IMG/VR virus record: IMGVR_UViG_3300021400_000130
Span: 89,614-153,613 of that record
DNA length: 64,000 nt
Direction: 5' to 3' (one strand)
Source: a virus
Taxonomy: Duplodnaviria; Caudoviricetes
Within the stretch, counting starts at the first letter, position 1. Each line of letters opens with the position of its first letter. Positions 10,552 to 19,990 of this stretch are shown one piece after another. A model generated the notes under the pieces. The model did not search any database, was not told where the DNA came from, and saw nothing but the letters and a program-made list of their open reading frames with translations. A program made the translations under genes and the position numbers.

Positions 10552-10562
10552 AGGATACAAAG

Positions 10563-12154
10563 ATGAATACAGAATATTATAATGGAACACCACATTTCAA
10601 TGATTTACGAACACCTATTAATTCATATCCTAGAACAAATTTTGAAAAATACTCATTGCAGTATTGTGAGAACTATCTCCCTTGCGGAGTATGTCGTATC
10701 ACGGGGAAACTTTGTCCTAGAATGAATGATTGTCGTTATCCTAATATAACTTGGAAGTGTTCATAAGGTGCATAAGAAGGAAATGCTATGAGAGATTGTA
10801 TTGAAAGATCGTTAGCAATTGACGAACTAACAGAGAGAAATCTAGTTGTTCATATGGATTCTGTAAACGACGGCCTAGTAGCTTCCTGTCACAGAGCGGC
10901 ACAAAGAATAATTGCAGGTCTTCCAGCTGTAGATCTGTCAAATGAAAGAGCTGTAGTATTCTGTAAAGACTGTCGTCATCGCGATCCTGAGGATCATAAG
11001 TGTGATTGCGGACAGCTTGAGAGGGCTGGTTGTATTTTTCCTGTTAGCGATACATACTTCTGTGCTTATGGTGAACTATGAAAGAATGTTGTGCTACTTG
11101 TCGTAGACAGTATAAACTGATAAAGTTTGATTATTCTCAAGGAGGCTGTAAACATACAGATATGGACGGGTATGTCTGTATGGCTTTTGCAGATCAGAAA
11201 CAGGCTGTGTGGATGGTTGGCAGCCATGAACAGTTTGACCTGTGTGAGTGTTACTTATCAAAGGAAGGTATATAATATGTATGTTATTGAAACGTGCCCG
11301 AAGTGTGGCGGAGATTTGGATCTTCTTACATTAACCTCAAACCCCCCGATACCAGCGCGAAGATGTAGACGGTGCGGATGGTACTGGCAAGGCAAGATGG
11401 AACTGCCAGTGCGTATCCCATTTCAACCGAAGGAGTGAAGGACATGATTGAAGTAGTAGATAGACAAGTTGTTCCTGTCTATGAAGTAGAATGTGTTGAG
11501 TGCCATTCAAAGATTAGATACACAGCATCAGATGTCTCGTGGTGTCACATTCAGTGCCCTGTTTGTGGAATTTCTTTATGTGCTAATACAATATGTCCTG
11601 TCAATTACAAAGAGTTAAAACATGACAAATCCGATAAATGAGTCTCTTTGTATAAGATGTATCAATAAAGATTCTTGCGAGATGTATGATGAAAATCCCC
11701 CATACATTACATCTTGCTATACATTTAAAAGAGCAAAACCTACAAGAGCAGACAAACTACGGTCGATTACAAATACAGAGGAGCTTGTTAATGAAATCTA
11801 TCGCCTTGTAAAGTTGGGTACGAGTTACTCAGATTCAAGGCTTGGTTTAATTGACTATCTTAATCAATATGTCGATTGAGCTAGAAAGGAACTCCGATGT
11901 TGTGGGAGAAGCTAAAAAGATATCTAGAGAAAGCAAAAGAAGAAGATATTGAATGTATGAGACCTAGAAAAGGTGACCACGGATATACTAAGGGATACTG
12001 GATTCACAAAGAAACAAAAAGTTATGCAGGTGGTGGAGCAACTTTCTGTTCTGAATGTGGGTATGGGTATTCCGATCAATACTTTTTTGAAGTAGATCGG
12101 TTTAATTATTGCCCGAATTGTGGCAAGAAAATGAAAGTAGCAAAATTGAAATGA
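10563..12154 (+). other. Run of small, mostly Cys/Zn-finger hypothetical genes (10563-10766, 10788-11081, 11078-11275, 11277-11438, 11444-11641, 11622-11879, 11897-12154)
   Basis: Abutting or overlapping + strand ORFs with CxxC pairs; PAVD..VFCKDC and W..CSEC..NYCPNCG modules recur at 52-57 kb. Confidence 0.6.
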
Positions 12155-12630
12155 ATATTGGGCAGATAATATCTAATAAGATACTTGAACGCTCAAAGGG
12201 ACAGAATGAAAAGATGAATGAAATTGTATACTTTGAATTGAATAATTGGTTCTGCGGAAGAGATTATCCACCGGATGGTAATTTGAAAACATGGGTAGAA
12301 AGTAGTCAATTCAACAATGATACCTGGTGTAAAGAGAATAAGATCTGTGTTAGATCAGGTATCATTGATATGTCTGAAAATTGGTGCATCACTGCAACAA
12401 AAGATTGGGTTGAAAAATGGTGCCCGGAACTTCTTACTGACAAGAGTTATACTTATACAGTATGTATGTACTCTCGTGGAGAGCACACTAAGAAAGAAGA
12501 ACAGGGGTGTTATGCTCAGTTCTTACGACATGAAGATGAAGAGGGAGAAGTATACGGTACATTTGGTTGGCCTTTTCTTGAGTATGAAGAAGGAAACTTT
12601 GGATCTACATATTATAGTGAAGAGGATTAA
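12151..12630 (+). CDS. Hypothetical protein (start uncertain: 12151 or 12214)
   Basis: Fills gap up to promoter; YFELNNW..GRDYP. Confidence 0.55.
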   Translation: MNIGQIISNKILERSKGQNEKMNEIVYFELNNWFCGRDYPPDGNLKTWVESSQFNNDTWCKENKICVRSGIIDMSENWCITATKDWVEKWCPELLTDKSYTYTVCMYSRGEHTKKEEQGCYAQFLRHEDEEGEVYGTFGWPFLEYEEGNFGSTYYSEED

Positions 12631-12635
12631 TTTTG

Positions 12636-12664
12636 TTGATTGTTAAGTTGTTATACTATATAAT
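12636..12664 (+). promoter_or_regulatory. Sigma-A-like phage promoter
   Basis: TG-TTGATT-N17-TATAAT. Confidence 0.75.
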
Positions 12665-12697
12665 TATAATGTAATAACTTATTGAAAGAGTGTACAG

Positions 12698-13600
12698 ATG
12701 AACGAATTTATCATGCTTGTTGGCCCGGCAGGTAGCGGGAAGAGTACTGTTGCGAATAATCTTAGGTCTGAAAATAACAATTATGTGATTGTTAGTTCAG
12801 ATTCTATTCGCTATGAGCTTTTTGGTGATGAGTCCGTCCAGGGCAACCCCGCAGAAATTTTTGCTATCTGTAGATCAAGATGTGCTAATCTTCTCAGTAT
12901 TGGGCACAGCGTTATTTTTGATGCTACTAATCTGAATAGGAAGAAGCGGAAAAGTTTCCTTAATGATGTTAAGAGCCGAGCTGGTGTAGAGTTTACTAAA
13001 CACTGTATTGTTGTTGCGATTACTTATGAAGATTGTTGTGTTCAGAATAAGAATCGTCAGCGTACTGTTCCTGACTTTGTTATTCGTAGGCACTTCAATG
13101 AGTTTCAGATGCCTCTTTATAGCGAAGGCTGGGACAAGATTACTGTTGTTCAGAGGAGTAATATTACATTAGATTCTATTCTTGATAAATGCAGAGGTCT
13201 TGCTCACGATAATCATCATCATAAGTATGATGTTTATGAACATTGTAAACAAACTCAGTCATGGATAAGTTCTAACGTAGACCCTCTTTCTGAACAGTAT
13301 GGAATTCTTCTTCATCTTGCATTGTGGCATGATGTTGGAAAATTTTACACAAAAGTTTTTACTGACAAGAAGGGCAACCCCACTGAGGAAGCACATTTTT
13401 ATTGTCACGAAAATTGGTCTTGTATGTATAACCTTTGTGATGATTACTATACAGGAGATTTCAAGATTAAACTTGCTCAACTTATTTCTTTACATATGAT
13501 GAAGTATCAACCTGAGTATGGTAGATTTATTGAGAAGTGGGCACCAGAGTATAAAGACATTCTTGATATATTCAATAGAGCAGATGCGGAAAGTGCATAA
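12698..13600 (+). CDS. Polynucleotide kinase (AAA_33) fused to HD phosphohydrolase
   Basis: GPAGSGKST, SSDSIR, FDATNL..R, R.R.VP in kinase; HH..VYEH, LWHDVGK, FYCHE, LHM in HD domain. Confidence 0.85.
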   Translation: MNEFIMLVGPAGSGKSTVANNLRSENNNYVIVSSDSIRYELFGDESVQGNPAEIFAICRSRCANLLSIGHSVIFDATNLNRKKRKSFLNDVKSRAGVEFTKHCIVVAITYEDCCVQNKNRQRTVPDFVIRRHFNEFQMPLYSEGWDKITVVQRSNITLDSILDKCRGLAHDNHHHKYDVYEHCKQTQSWISSNVDPLSEQYGILLHLALWHDVGKFYTKVFTDKKGNPTEEAHFYCHENWSCMYNLCDDYYTGDFKIKLAQLISLHMMKYQPEYGRFIEKWAPEYKDILDIFNRADAESA

Positions 13601-13605
13601 TGTAG

Positions 13606-13634
13606 TTGATTTTTACAGAAGAATATACTATAAT
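13606..13634 (+). promoter_or_regulatory. Sigma-A-like phage promoter
   Basis: AG-TTGATT-N17-TATAAT. Confidence 0.8.
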
Positions 13635-13690
13635 TAGTAGTAAGGGCAACCTATATGTTGTTTTTACTACTATTTTTATGAGGGAGTAAA

Positions 13691-14503
13691 GTGTTAGACG
13701 AATACAGACAAGCCTATACGCAGTCTGCTAACCAAATACCTGATTGGAAGAAAGTTAATCGTAATGAATTATGTAGAAGGTATAAAGAAGCAGAACGAGA
13801 TGGTGAAACAGAATTACTGAGTTCCTATATAAGCGCTATTGTTCTAAACTTCTGGCATGTTTTGACAAAAACATATAACAAACAACCTGTTAAAGTATTG
13901 TCAGAAGAAGATTGTTATGAATGCTTGATTGAATCAATACTTTTTGTTTTAGGGCGGGCTGCTTGGGAAGATCCTACTCAGAGTATATACAAAGATGAAA
14001 AAGGTCCAGAAAAAGCAATCAATCTAACTTTTCAACAGAGCATAACAAATCTTTTTGTCGCTGATCAAAGACATAAAAGGAAAGCTATGAGCAATGCTTT
14101 GTCTCTTGATAATACACTGAAAGATGAAGAAGATTCACAAACATTTGTTTCTTTGTTAGCAAAGGATGAATTATCTCCTTTGCTAGAAAATCTGTTTTGG
14201 GGTAAAAAGATAAAACAATATTTTCAAAACAATGACTTTATTGCTGCATTTGTTCTAGATCTTTTAATCAAAGATCCTTCTTTGATTGAAAACAAAGATG
14301 AGAAGTATATTATCAATTCAAGAAAGATTGCAAAACAATTGAATGAACTTCCTGATAATTATGCTCGTGAGTTTTCAAAAGAGTACGGTATCTCTGTTGA
14401 AAAAGTTGAATCTGTTCTTAGTTATCTATATAATGTAAATAGTAGAAATATTGATAAGATATTATATCCTCTGATACAGGATATAAAGAAAGAGTGTGAG
14501 TAG
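13691..14503 (+). CDS. Hypothetical protein, possibly sigma-factor-like/regulatory
   Basis: Helical; RHKRKA..ALSLD resembles sigma region 2/3 junction; heads replication operon. Confidence 0.4.
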   Translation: MLDEYRQAYTQSANQIPDWKKVNRNELCRRYKEAERDGETELLSSYISAIVLNFWHVLTKTYNKQPVKVLSEEDCYECLIESILFVLGRAAWEDPTQSIYKDEKGPEKAINLTFQQSITNLFVADQRHKRKAMSNALSLDNTLKDEEDSQTFVSLLAKDELSPLLENLFWGKKIKQYFQNNDFIAAFVLDLLIKDPSLIENKDEKYIINSRKIAKQLNELPDNYAREFSKEYGISVEKVESVLSYLYNVNSRNIDKILYPLIQDIKKECE

Positions 14504-15220
14504 TTGATTACCAGTAATGATTGCTGGATGAAGGATACTTGTAAAAAATTCTTAAATCAGAGTAAAGAGTGTGAATGTAGAGATAACGATGTGTTCTGCA
14601 TAAAGTTGTTTAAGTTACAACAGCTTTATGACCTGTCTTTACTTACTGATAAACAGCGTATCCGTATTCCTCTAAGAATTGATGCAGATGGGACAGATCG
14701 ACAAGCGTTTGAGCGTTTAAGCGCTATAGAGTCTGACGGAGTTAAACATTTTGTAGATTCAGGAAGTAACTTATATATTTATTCTTCTAATGTGGGAAAT
14801 GGAAAGACGACTTGGGCGATAAGACTTATACAGTCTTATCTAACAAATGTCTGGTATAAGTGTGACATTGATTGTAAAGCACTTTTTGTCAGTGTTCCTA
14901 AATACTTAATCTCAATAAAGGAGAATATTTCAGAACCAAGTGAGTATGCACAACATATTAAGAAGTATGTATACTCTGCAGATATAGTTGTGTTTGACGA
15001 TATTGCAACAAAATCTGCAACAGCGTTTGAACACGAAATGCTTTTTAATATAATTGATGCTCGTGTTAATCTTGGTAAATCAAATATTTTTACTTCTAAT
15101 ATGGATTATACAGGTCTTGTTAATACAGTTGGTGAGCGCATAGCAAGTAGAATTTTTAATACTTCGGAAAAAATTAGATTTGACGGAAAAGATAAAAGAG
15201 CTCTGGGGGTGAGTATTTGA
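14504..15220 (+). CDS. DnaC/IstB-like helicase loader ATPase
   Basis: N-terminal Cys cluster; VGNGKTT Walker A; VVFDDI Walker B; IFTSN; RIASRI. Confidence 0.85.
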   Translation: MITSNDCWMKDTCKKFLNQSKECECRDNDVFCIKLFKLQQLYDLSLLTDKQRIRIPLRIDADGTDRQAFERLSAIESDGVKHFVDSGSNLYIYSSNVGNGKTTWAIRLIQSYLTNVWYKCDIDCKALFVSVPKYLISIKENISEPSEYAQHIKKYVYSADIVVFDDIATKSATAFEHEMLFNIIDARVNLGKSNIFTSNMDYTGLVNTVGERIASRIFNTSEKIRFDGKDKRALGVSI

Positions 15221-16476
15221 TTATTCAAGCTCAGGTTCTTAATAAGATGGTTGCTAATAATGATACTTCTCTTCTTATTGGTAACAATCTTGACGAAGAA
15301 TACTTTAGCGATTATAAAGAAGAATTTAAGTTCATAAAAGAACATTTTAATAAGTACGGGAGAATTCCTGACTTAGCGACTTTTGTTTCTCAGTTTCCTG
15401 ATTTTGATGTGTTGCAAGTCGATGAACCAAATAACTATCTTGTTGATGAACTAGTAAAGGATAAGAATACAAGACTCCTCGCATCTATTTTCAATAAAGT
15501 AAGAGATCTACTTATGAAGAATAAAGTAGATGAAGCTCTTGCGCTCTATACTACGGCTCAGGAGTCTGTTGTAAAAGCAAAGCATTTTCAGTCTGTTGAT
15601 ATCCTAACAGACTCTTCTCGTTATGATGCGTATGTTGAACGTTGCAGAGATTTTGAAAAGTACTATGTCAAAACAGGATTTCCAGAGTTAGATAAACTAA
15701 TCGGTGGTTGGGACAGACTTGAAGAACTTGCTACTATTTCTGCTCGTCCTGGTGTTGGTAAGAGCTGGGTTCTTCTGAAGTGTGCAGTTGCTGCTCTGGA
15801 ACAAGGATTAACAGTAGGTATGTATTCGGGCGAGATGTCAACGAACAAAGTCGGATATAGATTTGATACTTTGTATGGTCATCTTTCTAACTACGGAATC
15901 ACTAGAGGTAATGCAGATCTACAAAATGATTACAAGAGATATATTGATTCTCTGAGCAGTAAGTTCAAGAATTCTTTTAAAGTTCTTACTCCGAATGATA
16001 TTAACGGGCCTGCTGGTGTTACTGCTCTACGAGCATTTATTGACCAAGACAAATTAGATATTCTGTTTGTCGACCAGCATTCTCTTCTAGAAGATGACCG
16101 TAAAGCAAGAACTCCTGTTGAGAAAGCAGCAAACATTTCTAGGGACCTGAAAAACTTACAAGTAATGGAAAAGATTCCGATTATTGCAGTTTCTCAGCAG
16201 AATAGGAATGATACCTCTGGCGGAGTAGATGTCAGTCATATCGCACAGTCAGATAGAATTTCTCAAGATAGCACTATTGTAATCTTTCTTGAGCATAAAG
16301 ATGATATCTTAACTCTTAACTTAGCAAAGGCTAGAGATGCTGTTAATGATAGGAAGATAAAATATGCAGCAGATTTTGATAAGGGCATATTCAGTTATGT
16401 TCCTGAAGAAAGTAATGCACTAGAAGGCGAAGGTTCTGAAGAACTTGCAAAAGAATTTGAGGAAGATGTGTTTTAA
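15217..16476 (+). CDS. dnaB: DnaB-like replicative helicase
   Basis: TGFPELD, ARPGVGKS, SGEM, FVDQ, AVSQQNR, SDRISQDS, KARD. Confidence 0.92.
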   Translation: MIIQAQVLNKMVANNDTSLLIGNNLDEEYFSDYKEEFKFIKEHFNKYGRIPDLATFVSQFPDFDVLQVDEPNNYLVDELVKDKNTRLLASIFNKVRDLLMKNKVDEALALYTTAQESVVKAKHFQSVDILTDSSRYDAYVERCRDFEKYYVKTGFPELDKLIGGWDRLEELATISARPGVGKSWVLLKCAVAALEQGLTVGMYSGEMSTNKVGYRFDTLYGHLSNYGITRGNADLQNDYKRYIDSLSSKFKNSFKVLTPNDINGPAGVTALRAFIDQDKLDILFVDQHSLLEDDRKARTPVEKAANISRDLKNLQVMEKIPIIAVSQQNRNDTSGGVDVSHIAQSDRISQDSTIVIFLEHKDDILTLNLAKARDAVNDRKIKYAADFDKGIFSYVPEESNALEGEGSEELAKEFEEDVF

Positions 16477-17433
16477 TTGGAGTTAGTAATAAACAATAAA
16501 GTAATTGATGCTCCTGTTTACGATATACTCAAACAAGTACATAAAGAAACAAACGGACGGTATCTGAACACAATTATCGACAAGGGAGATAATGTATTTA
16601 TCCAGTGCCCTTTTCATTCAGATGGTAAAGAAAAACATCCGAGTTGTACAGTCTTTGCTAGAGATGATGATAAGTATACAGATAAAGGAATTACTCACTG
16701 TTTTGCTTGTGGTATAAGCGTACCTCTTTTTACTCTTGTAGGTCACTGCTTTGATCAAGATGATGAGTTTGGAAAAGAATGGCTTGTTCAAAGATATTCA
16801 AATATCTTTATTGAGAAGCAAACATATCTACCTGAAATTCAAATTGGTAAGCCCAAAGAGACAGTGCTTGATGAATCTATTCTTGATCAATTTGCATATT
16901 TTCATCCGTATCAGTTTCAGAGAAAACTTTCTCAAGAAATAATCTTGAAGTATAAAGTTGGATATGATAAAGAGACTGATAGTATAACATTTCCTGTGTG
17001 GGATGAACATAATAGATTAAAATTTATAACTAAAAGATCTGTTAAGACAAAACAATTTTTTATACCACAAGGAGTTAAGAAGCCTGTTTATCTTCTTAAC
17101 TTTATGCTAAAGGAAAACAGAGATACAGTATTTGTTTGTGAGAGTCAAATAAACGCTCTCTATATGAATACTCTTGGTTATCCTGCAGTAGCCCTTATAG
17201 GAACAGGAACAAGAGATCAATATGAAATACTCAACAAGTCTCCCATTCGTCATTACATACTAGCATTTGATGGGGACGAAGCAGGAGATAAGGGCATAAC
17301 AAGATTCTTAACTAATATAAGAAAAGATGTATTTGTAGACATCATGTTATTACCTAGAGGAAAGGACTGTAATGATTTAACTGGTGAAGAAATAGCAAAC
17401 CTACCTTTGGTTTCTCAGTATTCAATTAGTTGA
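16477..17433 (+). CDS. dnaG: DNA primase (CHC2 zinc finger + TOPRIM)
   Basis: CPFH..HCFAC zinc finger; VCES, FDGDEAG, KDCND. Confidence 0.9.
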   Translation: MELVINNKVIDAPVYDILKQVHKETNGRYLNTIIDKGDNVFIQCPFHSDGKEKHPSCTVFARDDDKYTDKGITHCFACGISVPLFTLVGHCFDQDDEFGKEWLVQRYSNIFIEKQTYLPEIQIGKPKETVLDESILDQFAYFHPYQFQRKLSQEIILKYKVGYDKETDSITFPVWDEHNRLKFITKRSVKTKQFFIPQGVKKPVYLLNFMLKENRDTVFVCESQINALYMNTLGYPAVALIGTGTRDQYEILNKSPIRHYILAFDGDEAGDKGITRFLTNIRKDVFVDIMLLPRGKDCNDLTGEEIANLPLVSQYSIS

Positions 17434-17458
17434 TTTTTTACAGTATTTTCTATATATT
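17430..17458 (+). promoter_or_regulatory. Sigma-A-like phage promoter
   Basis: AG-TTGATT-N17-TATATT. Confidence 0.7.
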
Positions 17459-17511
17459 ATATGTGTAAAAAGCCAAATCTAGAAAAATGAAATTTAAGGA
17501 GTAATGAAATT

Positions 17512-18360
17512 ATGGCAAGAGTAACTTTTGAAGAAGCAACTGAAATGCAGAATGCAATTAACCCGAATTATGTAGAATCCTTTGCACTGAAGAATGATGG
17601 CGATGAAGCGCTTGTTCGTTTCATGCACGATGACGTTTCTTCCTTTGATATTGTAACCACTCACAATGTTACTATCAATGGTAAGTTCCGTTCCGTGAAC
17701 TGCCTCCGTAATCCTCGCGATCCTATGGAAAATTGTCCTCTTTGTGCTACTGGTGCGAATACTCAGAATGTGATGTTTATTCATCTTATTGAGTATCGTG
17801 TTGGTGAAAATGGTACCATTGTTCCTGTTCCTAAGGTGTGGGCAAGAGGTCTGAGCTATGCGACCAGAATCAAGAGTCTCATCAATGAGTATGGTCCGCT
17901 GTCCCAGTGCCTGTTCAAGATTCACCGTAATGGAGCAGCGGGTAGCAGAGATACTAGTTATGATATTCTGTTTGCCCCTGACCGGATCTATCCTTCTCAG
18001 AACTATCCTATTCCTGAAGGAGCGTTCAAAGACTATAGCGCTACTGGAACGATTGTTCTTGATAAGAGCTTTGAAGATCTGACCATTTTTGTTAATACTG
18101 GTAGAATGCCTGAAGCCAGTCAGGAAACCACTCCTGCTTATGGTGCTCAGCAGAATTATGTCCCGCAGACGACTCAGTTTGTGCCGACTGGAGCTTCTGT
18201 TGGTGCCCCGCAGGCGTATGCTCCTCAGGTAACTGCACCTGCACCGAATCCCCAGCAGCAAGTGACCGCGTATAATGCTCCTCAGCAGACTTTTATTAAT
18301 CAGTATCCGCCGGCAGCACCCGCTGGCAATCCTGTTGTAGCAAGACCCGTTCGTAACTAA
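17512..18360 (+). CDS. Phage single-stranded DNA-binding protein (gp32-like, Zn-binding)
   Basis: F.LKNDGDEA.VRF, H..C..CPLC, KIHRNG..DTSY; low-complexity C-tail; between primase and polymerase. Confidence 0.75.
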   Translation: MARVTFEEATEMQNAINPNYVESFALKNDGDEALVRFMHDDVSSFDIVTTHNVTINGKFRSVNCLRNPRDPMENCPLCATGANTQNVMFIHLIEYRVGENGTIVPVPKVWARGLSYATRIKSLINEYGPLSQCLFKIHRNGAAGSRDTSYDILFAPDRIYPSQNYPIPEGAFKDYSATGTIVLDKSFEDLTIFVNTGRMPEASQETTPAYGAQQNYVPQTTQFVPTGASVGAPQAYAPQVTAPAPNPQQQVTAYNAPQQTFINQYPPAAPAGNPVVARPVRN

Positions 18361-18379
18361 GAGAAGGAGATCTGTTTAA

Positions 18380-19990
18380 ATGTCCCTATGGGGTGAAGAT
18401 TTTGAAATAAAACCTGTCAAGAAGGAAGTTAAGAAAGTTACAACAAAAATTAACTCTCCAAAGAAGCCAAAGGTTGAAACTCAGAAAGTTATTAGCTCTA
18501 AGAGTGTTTCTGTATATGATAAACTACAGTTAATCTATGCAGAAGTAGACCGTATCCTTGGCAGGTATAAAGAGAATACTCAAGTTATAAGGACAAAACA
18601 AGATCTTGTTGATTATATTGATGCCTCCATCAGTAATGGTGCAATTGCAATCGACACCGAGACCAACAATAGTCTTGATCCGATTACTTGCCTTCTGATG
18701 GGGGCATGTATTTATACTCCCGGTAAAAAGAGCGCCTATATTCCCGTAAATCATGTAGATTATGTTTCTCATAATAAGTTAGAAAATCAGCTTACAGAAG
18801 AAGAAATAAAAGAACAATTTGATAGGCTGAAAAATACTAAAATCATTATGCACAACGGCAAGTTTGACTATGAAGTTATCAAGTGCACTTGTGGTTGTGT
18901 TTTAGATATATACTGGGATACAGAAATTGCAGCCCGTATCCTTGATGAGAATGAATTAGCAGCTCTAAAGAAACAGTACATACTACATATTGATAGTACT
19001 CAAGAGAAGTACGATATTGAGCATTTATTCCAAGGTATTGAATACGAAGTTGTTGACCCTGATGTTTTCGCACTATATGCAGCTACTGATGCTCTAATTA
19101 CATATCGGTTATATGAATGGCAGAAGGAACAATTCAGTAAGCCTGGAAATGAAAATCTTTATAGTGTGTTCATGAATGTTGAGATGCCAGTTGTTCAAGT
19201 TTCTGCAGAGATGGAACTTCTTGGTGTTGAAATTGACAAGGATTATGCGTCAAGATTAAGTACTAAATATCACAAGAAAGTTGAAGCAGTTGATAAAGAG
19301 ATTGACGAAGAACTTTCTAAATATTCTGATAAGATTGCTGCATGGAGACAAACAAAAGAAGCTAATTATAAAGAGTTAAATTCTAAACAAAATAAATCAG
19401 GAGAGTATACTTACAAGAAGTCAAAGAATGAACAACTTGCAGATCCTCCTCAGTTAAATAGCCCAACACAGTTAGCAATTTTGTTGTATGATATATTACA
19501 AGTTCCTATACAAGATAAGAAAGCGCCAAGAGGAACAGGAGAAGAAATTCTCAAGAAAATAAATATTCCTCTTTGTGATCTTATTCTCAAGAAAAGAGGG
19601 CTTGAGAAGTTAATAGGAACATATATTGATAAGATTCCTGCTTGTGTAAGTCCGAAAGATAACAGACTTCATGCTCATTTCAATCAACTAGGGGCAGGTA
19701 CTGGACGATTTAGTTCTAGCGACCCTAATCTTCAAAATATCCCTTCAAAGAATAAAGAAATTAGATTGATGTTTAGAGCTGGGCATACTGAACGAGAAGT
19801 TTCTAGTGAATATAACAGCTATACATTTAGTATGAATGAAGAAGTTCTTACGAGTACGGGTTGGAAAGCTGTTTCCGAACTAGTACCCAACGATGTACTT
19901 GTTTCTGATGAAGGAGAACAGGTTATTAGCACAGTAATGAAGATTGATAACTCTATTGTAGCATATGTTTCAGAGGAGGTGATTGAGTGA
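18380..19990 (+). CDS. polA: Family A DNA polymerase, N-terminal part (3'-5' exonuclease, thumb, first palm segment) ending in a Hint/intein-like tail
   Basis: IDTET, HNGKFD, YAATDA exo motifs; LNSPTQL; TGRFSSSDPNLQNIP; ends before motif A. Confidence 0.92.
   Translation: MSLWGEDFEIKPVKKEVKKVTTKINSPKKPKVETQKVISSKSVSVYDKLQLIYAEVDRILGRYKENTQVIRTKQDLVDYIDASISNGAIAIDTETNNSLDPITCLLMGACIYTPGKKSAYIPVNHVDYVSHNKLENQLTEEEIKEQFDRLKNTKIIMHNGKFDYEVIKCTCGCVLDIYWDTEIAARILDENELAALKKQYILHIDSTQEKYDIEHLFQGIEYEVVDPDVFALYAATDALITYRLYEWQKEQFSKPGNENLYSVFMNVEMPVVQVSAEMELLGVEIDKDYASRLSTKYHKKVEAVDKEIDEELSKYSDKIAAWRQTKEANYKELNSKQNKSGEYTYKKSKNEQLADPPQLNSPTQLAILLYDILQVPIQDKKAPRGTGEEILKKINIPLCDLILKKRGLEKLIGTYIDKIPACVSPKDNRLHAHFNQLGAGTGRFSSSDPNLQNIPSKNKEIRLMFRAGHTEREVSSEYNSYTFSMNEEVLTSTGWKAVSELVPNDVLVSDEGEQVISTVMKIDNSIVAYVSEEVIE

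Noticed and set aside
17494-18261. Long minus-strand ORFs (also 29250-29813, 38479-38970, 62953-63657)
   Set aside because: Antisense shadows of well-supported + strand genes, with no motifs or SD.
19781-19990. Functional intein or self-splicing intron in polA
   Set aside because: No Cys/Ser1 at block A, no C-terminal His-Asn, no endonuclease, and no recognisable group I/II core; treated as a remnant.
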